A stretch of DNA of 64,000 bases. It comes from Phoronis australis. Its lineage: Eukaryota; Animalia; Phoronida. Each line of letters opens with the position of its first letter. Positions within the stretch are counted from its first letter, which is position 1. Under the pieces are notes generated by a model, which was given only the letters and a program-made list of their open reading frames with translations, searched no databases and was not told the DNA's origin. Location of the stretch: contig NMRA01000389.1 of NCBI GenBank assembly GCA_002633005.1, forward strand, positions 1 through 64,000, read 5' to 3'. Positions 13,001 through 21,935 of the stretch are shown here, in pieces. The translations under genes and the position numbers were made by a program.

Positions 13001-15786
13001 AGGTGAAGAAATAATACAAGAGCAACGCGGAGCTTTGAAATGCACCCACGAATGCATTGCAAATGGTGTGCTTTTAGGGTTATTTATTTGTATCATAAAA
13101 ATGGCCACTAGATGGCGCAAAAACATACAATCCATCCAAAAACAGGAACATGCCATATTTCATAAAAATCTGTCAAGGAACTTCAGAGAAACAAAGGAAA
13201 ACAGAATAAAATGAAATTGCCAATAGTGGACGCAGTGTCCGTTGGATCCGCCTGAAAGTCGTCGTCTGTTGTTATCTTCATATAATTACACTTACTAAAT
13301 TTACTGACTGTACTTCGGGAGCAAGTTTTCTGTTATACAGAATTTGTTGAATACATGATACTTTTCATTGTTCACGGTCTTTATTCCGTTGCGTTCATAC
13401 TTTCTGAACAAAACCCTACTCTCTACTGAACATAGATACAGTAACTGACCTAGCGACATAATTAAAAGACACACGATATTTCGAAACGTACTTGTTTCAT
13501 TCTCAAGTGAAGATAAAATGACGCAGTAATGCCACCACAGAGTATAAGCTGACGACACACACAGTGAGACACGGCGGGTGTGAAATACTGCAAAGAATGA
13601 CTAANNNNNNNNNNNNNNNNNNNNNNNNNNNNNNNNNNNNNNNNNNNNNNNNNNNNNNNNNNNNNNNNNNNNNNNNNNNNNNNNNNNNNNNNNNNNNNNN
13701 NNNNNNNNNNNNNNNNNNNNNNNNNNNNNNNNNNNNNNNNNNNNNNNNNNNNNNNNNNNNNNNNNNNNNNNNNNNNNNNNNNNNNNNNNNNNNNNNNNNN
13801 NNNNNNNNNNNNNNNNNNNNNNNNNNNNNNNNNNNNNNNNNNNNNNNNNNNNNNNNNNNNNNNNNNNNNNNNNNNNNNNNNNNNNNNNNNNNNNNNNNNN
13901 NNNNNNNNNNNNNNNNNNNNNNNNNNNNNNNNNNNNNNNNNNNNNNNNNNNNNNNNNNNNNNNNNNNNNNNNNNNNNNNNNNNNNNNNNNNNNNNNNNNN
14001 NNNNNNNNNNNNNNNNNNNNNNNNNNNNNNNNNNNNNNNNATTAGTCATTCTTTGCAGTATTTCACACCCGCCGTGTCTCACTGTGTGTGTCGTCAGCTT
14101 ATACTCTGTGGTGGCAATACTGCGTCATTTTATCTTCACTTGAGAATGAAACAAGTATGTTTCGAAATATCGTGTGTCTTTTAATTATGTCGCTAGGTCA
14201 GTTACTGTATCTATGTTCAGTAGAGAGTAGGGTTTTGTTCAGAAAGTATGAACGCAACGGAATAAAGACCGTGAACAATGAAAAGTGTCGTGTATTCAAC
14301 AAATTACTAAATTTAGTAAAGATCCTGCAGTGGGTTTAAGAGATACAACTATGGGCTCAAAACAAAACTACCACTAGGAGGCACCACAGTAGTCAGTCAC
14401 CATCATCAAAGGTCATCTTCACACTGATAACAAATATGTCAATTTTCAAATTATTTGGTTGATACAGGGGTGGACACCAAAAACAAGATTTAAAAACAGC
14501 AAAAATGGCCACTAGGTAGTGCAAAATACCTCGATTCCATCCAAAAACAGGAAGATAGCGTCATCACACCAATAGATGCCTATATTTAAAATTTTATGAA
14601 AATCTGTTGAGGACCTTTGAAGATACGGAATTAAACGTAAAAAACTAAAATTGCCACTAGGGGGCACAGCAGTAGTCAGATCTGTCTGAAAGTCGTCGTC
14701 ATCCATAGTCAACATCATATAAATACTTTTGCTAAATTAATTAAAGATCCTGCGAACGGTTTAGAAGATACAGCCATAGGCGCAACAAAAACAAAAACAA
14801 AAACAAAACTACTACTAGGAGGCACCACAGTACTCGGATCTGTCCAAAAGTCGTCGACTTGCGTTGCTAACATCATATAAATATACTAACTAAATTTCGT
14901 AAAGATCCTGCGAACGGTTTAGGAGATACAGCCATACGCGCAAAAAAACAACAAAAAAGTGCCACTAGGAGGCGCCACAGTAGTTGAAATCGTCGGAAAA
15001 TCATCGTCATCCGTCATCTTCATAGTAAGCACATACATGCAAATTTTCACAATCATCCTTTGAGCGGTTTGGTTGATAGAGGGGTTGACGCAAAAAACAG
15101 ACTCGAAAACAGTAAAATTGGCCACTAGGTGGCGCAAACTATGTCGAATCCATCCGAAAATGGGAAGATAGCGTCATCTCACTAATAGGTGCCTACATAC
15201 CATATTTCATGAAAATCCGTTCAGGACTTTTGAAGATACAAAGGTAAGCGTAAAAAACTAAAATTGCCACTAGGGGCACATCGGTAGTCGGAACAATCCG
15301 AAAGTTCGCTCATGTCGTCCCATTCATGAATGGAACATATGCGCCAAATTTCATGAGCGTATGTCAAAGGGTTTTGGAGATAGAGCAGCGGACGTCGCAC
15401 GCCGGACGGACGCCGCCTGGACGGACGCCGCCCGGACGGACGGAGATGACGGCATAATGAATCCACATATAAATATGTGGGCGCATAAAAATGGCCTAAT
15501 CTAGAAATAAAATGATAAAGATAGTTTTCTGATGGGTAGATGACAACCCCTTGGTATGCTGGGAAGAAGCATACAATAAGTATGTTACTTGTTACTTACA
15601 GAATATACGGTCGCCTTCAGCACCCACTCCCAGCAAAGACTCTTTGTACTTTCTAAGACTTTCATCTTCAGTGTCCTGTGAGAGGATTTCATCCAGTGCC
15701 TTTTTCTCTGGAGGTTTATAACTGGATTTTTCCTCTTGTTCGTCTTCTTCATATTCACCTTCAACATTTGGATCTTGTTCAGCCAT
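10013..15786 (-). CDS. ARHGDI: Rho GDP-dissociation inhibitor (RhoGDI), 4 coding exons, 202 aa
   Basis: GT-AG exons 15786-15600, 11854-11771, 10914-10774, 10209-10013 join in frame (609 nt): MAEQDPN...[31 protein letters not shown]...[61 protein letters not shown]...MVGSYGP...[23 protein letters not shown]...[14 protein letters not shown]. Hallmark RhoGDI motifs. Confidence 0.96.
13015..15491. mobile_element. Non-autonomous Helentron/HINE (DINE-1/pearl-like) element with internal ~150-bp tandem repeats
   Basis: One end acaagag..., sub-terminal inverted repeat atgcacccac (~13041) / gtgggcgcat (~15477), (ggac) microsatellite 15390-15445, hairpin ccacatataaatatgtgg, A-run end. ccactag-containing units at 14371, 14509, 14654, 14812, 14962, 15122, 15267. 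Lies in the RhoGDI intron between coding exons 1 and 2. Confidence 0.65.
13341..14305. repeat. 264-bp inverted repeat arms flanking an assembly gap (13605-14040), inside the HINE-like element
   Basis: 13341-13604 is the reverse complement of 14042-14305 with a few substitutions; mirrored ORF pairs in the track confirm this. Confidence 0.85.
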
Positions 15787-16299
15787 CTCTACAACAAAAA
15801 GGAAAATGTTAAAATCATCACTCTCCTGGCAGAAAATTCAGCCACAGGAAAATTTACACTCAAGCCATCTGATGTTGTAACTCATTTGGTACAATGTCAG
15901 TCCTCACAGCTGGCACGTAGGCAAGACTGGCTGTCCTCTCCACATGCATCTCAATGGATACCGTAAACCATCCGTGACAGTTCTTCACTTCCGATAGCAG
16001 AACATTTTAAATGACATGGCCGTAGCAGTGATTAACTGAAGGTCTGTATGTTGATACACAATCTTGATGACACATTCATTGATTTTGATTTTCAGCACCT
16101 TCGAGAACAAATGTATTAGTAAAGACATGGGCAACATGAGCCACTATCTCTAACTATTAGACCGGCAGCCCAGAGCACTTAGCATAGATGAACGAGGTAC
16201 CAACATCTGACCACGGGAGCATTTAAAGTCCACCTCAGTATGTACAGAAATGGACGTCTGCCGTTGTTTGCACTCTGAGTGTGACCCCTGGGGGCCTTA

Positions 16300-17350
16300 C
16301 TAAGAGCCCAAAAAATGAGCTAGACTAGATATTCGAGGTACCAACCAAAACTGATTTAAAACGAACAATAGTACCGCACTGAACACCGAATGACCCATGA
16401 CAGACAAATTGCACTCTGGAATAGGTCCGGCAGAAACCAAAAAAGGACCCCCCAAAAATGAGCTAGCACATACATTCGAGGTACCACACAAAACCAATTC
16501 TGTATGATTCAATACATGTCACAGATCACTAAATGCCCTATGACAGACAAATTACACTCTGGATTGTGCCCGGCAGAAACCCCCAAAAATCTCAACCACG
16601 GTATGCCATCTAAAATTTGAGCTAGACTAGATTTTCGAGGTACCGGCCAAAACTGATTTAAAACGAACAATAGTACCGCACTGAACACCAAATGACCCAT
16701 GACAGACAAATTGCACTCTGGAATAGGTCCGGCAGAAACCAAAAAAGGACCCCCCAAAAATGAGCTAGCACATACATTCGAGGTACCACACAAAACCAAT
16801 TCCACATGATTCAATACATGTCACAGATCACTAAATGCCCTATGACAGACAAAATACACTCTGGATTGTGCCCGGCAGAAATCCCCAAAAATCTCAACCA
16901 CGGTATGCCATCAAAATTTGATCTAGGCTAGATTTTCGAAGTACCGGCCAAAACTGAATTAAAACGAACAATAGTACCCGCACTGAACATTGAATGACCC
17001 ATGACAGACAAACTGCACTCTGGAATGGGTCCAGCAGAAACCAAAAAAGAGCCCCCAAAAGTGAGCTAGCACATACATTCGAGATACCACAAAAAACAAT
17101 TACATGAGATTCAATACATGTCACAGGTCACTAAATGCCCTATGACCGGCAGACAAAATACATTCTGGATTGTGCCTGGCAGAAACCCTCAAAAATCTCA
17201 ACCACGGTTTGCCATTTTTGAGACAGTTTGATTTTCAAGGTATCGGCTTAAACTGATTTAAAACCAACAATCGTGCTGCACTGAACACCCAATGACCCGT
17301 GAAAGACAAATTTTACTCGGAAATAGTGGGCCAAAAACCCAGAAAGGACC
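16300..17350. repeat. Left TIR tandem array: ~302-bp higher-order unit of two related ~143 and ~159 bp monomers
   Basis: atgacagac(aaa) motif at 16397, 16540, 16699, 16842, 17001 and degenerate at 17142. Confidence 0.9.
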
Positions 17351-18005
17351 TTAAAAATGGAGGTACAATCGTCCATGCAGCTTTCCCCTGCTAGTTCAAG
17401 TACTCGGGTGGGAAATCCAAACAACTGGACAACAAGGTGTTAAAAATTGCACCACGAAAATCGAAGTACACAATTGGTGACAAAAGTGGTGTATTTATTA
17501 AGTTAACTGCAAAAAGCGGGACCGCAGGAAACAAAAACTAATTATAAAAAACTTTCGTTCACTAAAGCCTGTGTTTACTCTCATGATCGCTACAAGCGAA
17601 AAGCAGACGGGTGTCAAGATGTACGACAGTTTACTCGCCTAGTGGTAACTTTTTGAAGAAATTTTTACATGATGTCGAAATTCAGTGTAGTGTATAGTGT
17701 TTGTAATGTTTTAGTTTCGCGGAGTCATTTGTCGATGGCCGACATAATGGTTTCCGTGATAAAATACAAATCACCCCTAATTTGGTGCGCAGTCACGCGA
17801 TGGAGTCCCAATGCTATTTAAAGAAATATATAAACAACGATGCGTTTCGGTAACAAGGGGTCTCGCTGCAGCATTGCCTGAAAATTTCATACAATGAAAG
17901 GGTGTGACGTCACAGCAGCATTGTTTAGGAAAGGGAAAGTGAGGCCTCTGGAAATCCTAATGAAACACTCATGTGGGACACTTATCAGCTTCTTCTCAGA
18001 GTTAA

Positions 18006-19319
18006 AGGCGAAGGCAACCTTTTTTCATGTCATTTTTAGCAAACATTGGGTTCGTTGATTATCCCAGACATATTTTTTCACGTATTTACAGCTTTTCGTA
18101 ATTTAATTAATTACTCGTCGTCTACTCCGGAAGTGACGTTTTGGGAGGCAAGAATTTCGCGCCATTTTCTTTTCATACAGTCTGACTGTGAGAGCAGTCG
18201 AGTCAGTCATTGTTCTACCTCGGTGGTGATAAGTTGGGTCGTCGTTTGCTTTTGTTTACGAGTCAGTCAACATGCCACACTGTTGCTGCCTACCGAGATG
18301 TACTCATTATCGTCTCACGTACAGAGGAAGAACTGTCCCACTTGCCCGAGTGTACCGCGGCACACTCCCAGTGGACGGTGACTTGAGCACCCAAACTGCT
18401 TACTAAGTCCCGCCGCGCGACTCCCTTGTCACACACGTGGCACCTTCTAAATAGCTCCAATACAAGTCCACAATAAACTTATCAAACTTAGGTTCAGCGA
18501 TCATTGGATGACGAACTGTACTTTTCACTGGGTGTCAAACTGCGCCTGTATTCACTCCCACTGGGGCTGCTTACAGGCTGTGGGCTAGAGACAACACCAC
18601 ACCACACGGGGAATCACTGATAGTTCCTGGAATTGCACACTATGGGGTACGTTCGGAGGCATGGGTGACAGTAGATGAAGTGCCTCCGGTCATTGTTTAT
18701 AGTGGCCACAGCTTGCGAGGCTTCTCGCTTCAAAATCGCACTTCTCAGGGGTGGCGACGGGGCACTGCCGGGAATCAGCAGCGACGGTATGGAACCCTTC
18801 TTCAGGTGTTGTTTCGTAGGGACCTTCATCGATTCAGCGAACATATCTCTGTCGCAATCTGACGGCTGAAAATGCTTGCCGCTGCTTTGTACCCGGTACG
18901 TACGTTGCGTGAGCGGGTAGCGCTGCGTTCTTCACTCGAACGAGCTAGCCAAGTACGGCGAAGTGTGTCATCCTTTGGAAAGCGATGCAAGGTACCCAAA
19001 GCGCGTGTGAGACGATAAGGAGTACATCCTGGTATGCAGCAACAGCGTGGCATGTTAACTGACTCGAAAACAAAAGCAAACGACGACCTAACTTATCACA
19101 TCCGAGGTAGAACAATGACTGACTTGACAGCTCTCACAGTCGATGTATGAAAATAAATTGGCGCGAAATTCTTGCCTCCCAAAACGTCACTTCCGGAGTA
19201 GAGGACGAGAAATTAATTAAATTACGAAAAGCTGTAATTAAGTGAAAAATATGTCTGGGATAATCAACAGCTGACCTTATTTTTGCTAAAAATGACATGA
19301 AAAAAGGTTGCCTTCGCCT
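18006..19319 (-). mobile_element. Kolobok-like non-autonomous element nested in the Academ-like element
   Basis: TTAA TSD (18002-18005, 19320-19323), termini AGGCGAAGGCAACC...GGTTGCCTTCGCCT, ~310-bp inverted arms, internal THAP and zinc-finger remnants. Confidence 0.82.
18320..19053 (-). pseudogene. Kolobok transposase N-terminal remnant (THAP domain plus CxxC...CxxxH finger), frameshifted
   Basis: MPRCCCIPGC...LHRFPKDDTLRRTW (THAP N-half), then frameshift to KHFQPSDCDRDMFAESMKVPTKQHLKKGSIPSL (HF and AVPT-like box). At ~18463-18320: VLELFRRCHVCDKG...LGAQVTVHWECAAVHSGKWDSS. No DDE domain remains. Confidence 0.75.
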
Positions 19320-19571
19320 TTAATAAGCGTAGATGTCCCAGACGGAAGAAAGTTAGAAGACATATGCCTCCTATTTAATGAAGGGAGGAGTCAAAGATGT
19401 CAATGAAGCGCCGATATCTGAAATTAATAGAGATGACCGGAAAAATGAACAAGGTAATAACTGTAATTGATAAAATATAGTTCATAAAAGAAAATAATTT
19501 CAAATGTTTTCATAGCGTTGAACCAAAATGCCCAGTTTCACGTCAAAAATCAGTAAATGGTAGTGAGATTT

Positions 19572-19824
19572 CATGCGCGCACCCAGGGGGGCAATGGGGG
19601 CTCGAACGAGCCCCTCCATTTGGCGAAGTGGGCAAAAAGATCCGCCTCAGAGAAACAAACAGTCCGTGGAAACGAGACAAAAGTCCACTAAAAAGGCGCA
19701 GACGCCAGTTCACAGTACTGAAGGTGGTACCCCGTTTTTTTAGTCCTCCAGCTTTTCTGCTAGCAAAAGGTCCACTTGGTCAGAAATTCGAGCCCCCCAA
19801 AACTAGAGGCTGGGTGCGCGCATG
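19572..19824. mobile_element. hAT-like MITE inserted in the Academ-like element
   Basis: Perfect 15-bp TIR catgcgcgcacccag / ctgggtgcgcgcatg; probable 5-bp TSD gattt/ggttt (one mismatch). Confidence 0.7.
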
Positions 19825-20819
19825 GGTTTTAAGTTGTTGTTCGTCAGCGTTTAGACAATTGGTCCCTCGTCAATAAAATTTTCTCCAATGTCCAACATCA
19901 AGAAGATTGACTGCACATTGCTTCCTCCTTGCCGATAGACACTATTGAACAAGCTCAAACGAGCCCATTATGTTGCCTTGCTCTGAGACCAAGTGGATTC
20001 GGCCGATCCGGGAAACGGTTTGGATCCTCTTACCTACGGTTGGAAGGTACAAGATGGATACTGTACTCCTGAATGGTTTTGTGGATCTGCCGTCCCTGAT
20101 GTCCTTTTTGAAGGTGCTGGTCGTTTACAAGAAAACCAAGCCGATCAAGAGGTATAGGAAATGGACTATGACGAAACAAGGGAGCCCGAATCAAGCTGGA
20201 GTAGCAGTGACGAATCTGATATTGAAACGTATTAAAAACTAACAGGAAACTACTGTTGACATTAAACATATAGTATGTAGCTTGATACAGTGATTTTGAC
20301 TATCTGTTACTATGCTGTCAAAATGTTGCTCTATTTCATGTAGTTTATTTTGATTAAAGAAGGTTTTTAAAAACACGTCTGTTACTTTTCTTTCAACGTA
20401 TTGTTTAATAGTCAATGAGATGAAAGAGCTCCTTGGAAATAATTTTCGTGGTTCCTCGATCTAGCGCAAATTTAGGGGCCATTTGTTGTCGCTGACGTAT
20501 CCTTTCTGCTGGCAGTTTTGATAGCGTTTTATATTTTACACAATCTGCGTTCTTAAACTTCACTAAGTGGGTTGGTTTTAGACAGTTCCTGGTATCCCAA
20601 AGTTTTACTGTTATCAGGTACTTTCCAAAATGCTTACTCTCCGCCATCATCCATTTGACATCGAGTGTGAGAGCTCAGTAGACGCAAAAGTATAAGCTCA
20701 TTATCTAATATGTCATATATATTCAAAATTACTGACCGGTAGTTGAGATTCCTGGGGCTGGCGAGCACAACCCACACAGGGTTTTAACTGTCATAGCGTA
20801 TTTGGTAACCAGTAACAAC

Positions 20820-21935
20820 TATTTGAATCACATGGAATTGTTTATTGCGATACCCTGAATGATGACCTAGCTTCTTTTACGGTGTAATTGAGTTTCTGGC
20901 GAACGCCTTCCAGAGCACAATTTATTGTCTGTCATGGTCATCTGGTGGATTATTGGTTTTAAGTCAGTTTTAGCCGGTACCTCGGGTATCTAATGTACCT
21001 CAAAGTTTTGATAGCATTTACTGTGGTTGAGATTTTTGAGGGTTTCTTCCAGGCACAATCCAGCGTATATTTTGTCTGTAATAGGGCATTTAGTGACCTG
21101 TGACATGTATTGAACCTCATGGAATTGGTTTTGTGTGGTACCTCAAATGTATGTGCTAGCTCATTTTTTTTGAGGGGGGGGTCCTTTTTTGGTTTCTGCT
21201 GGACCGATTCCAGTGTGCAATTTGTCTGTCATGGGTCATTTGGAGTTCAGTGCGGTACTATTGTTCGTTTTAAATCAGTTTTGGCCGGTACCTCGAAAAT
21301 CTAGTCTAGCTCAAATTTTTGATGGCATACCATGGTTGAGATTTTTGGGGGTTTCTGCCGGGCACAACCCAGAGTGTATTTTGTCTGTCATAGGGCATTT
21401 AGTGATCTGTGACATGTATTGAATCATATGGAATTGGTTTTGTGTGGTACCTCGAATGTATGTGCTAGCTCATTTTCGGGGGGGTCCTTTTTGGGTTTCT
21501 GCCGGACCTATTCCAGAGTGCAATTTGTCTGTCATGGGTTATTTGGTGTTCAGTGCGGTACTATTGTTCGTTTAAAATCAGTTTTGGTCGGTACCTCGAA
21601 AATCTAGTCTAGCTCAAATTTTTGATGGCATACCATGGTTGAAATTTTTGGGGGTTTCTGCCGGGCACAACCCAGAGTGTATTTTGTCTGTCATAGAGGT
21701 TTTAGTGATCTGTGACATGTATTGAATCACATGGAATTGGTTTTGTGTGGTACCTCGAATGTATGTGCTAGCTCATTTTTTGGGGGTCCTTTTTTGGTTT
21801 CTGCCGGACCTATTCCAGAGTGTAATTTGTCTGTCATGGGTCATTCGGTGTTCAGTGAGGTACTATTGTTCGTTTTAAATCAATTTTGGTTGGTACCTCG
21901 AATATCTAGTCTAGCTCATTTTTTGGGCTCTTTGT
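20820..21935. repeat. Right TIR tandem array (inverted copy of the left array)
   Basis: atgtattgaa at 21105, 21414, 21717; produces the repeated MNHMELVLCGTSNV pseudo-ORFs. Confidence 0.9.

Larger units (their letters stand above)
17790..20235 (+). pseudogene. Decayed C-terminal part of an Academ-type transposase/XPG-like ORF, interrupted by two insertions
   Basis: 17860-18005 reads GLAAALP/FHTMKGCDVTAALFRKGKVRPLEIL...FFSEL (H3TH-type GCD motif). It continues in frame after the Kolobok at 19324 (ISVDVPDGRKLEDICLLF, then frameshifted VKDVNEA/RYLKLIEMTG). 19882-20235 reads IKKIDCTLLPPCR*TLLNKLKRAHYVALL*...DPLTYGWKVQDGYCTPEWF with an acidic tail. Stops and frameshifts present. Confidence 0.7.

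Noticed and set aside
18826-19053. Domesticated host THAP gene
   Set aside because: Frameshifted, lacks the third Cys, and is enclosed by TIRs with a TTAA TSD.
18002-19323. piggyBac assignment from the TTAA TSD
   Set aside because: Ends are AGG...CCT rather than CC(C/T)...GG, and THAP plus the CxxC...CxxxH finger fit Kolobok.
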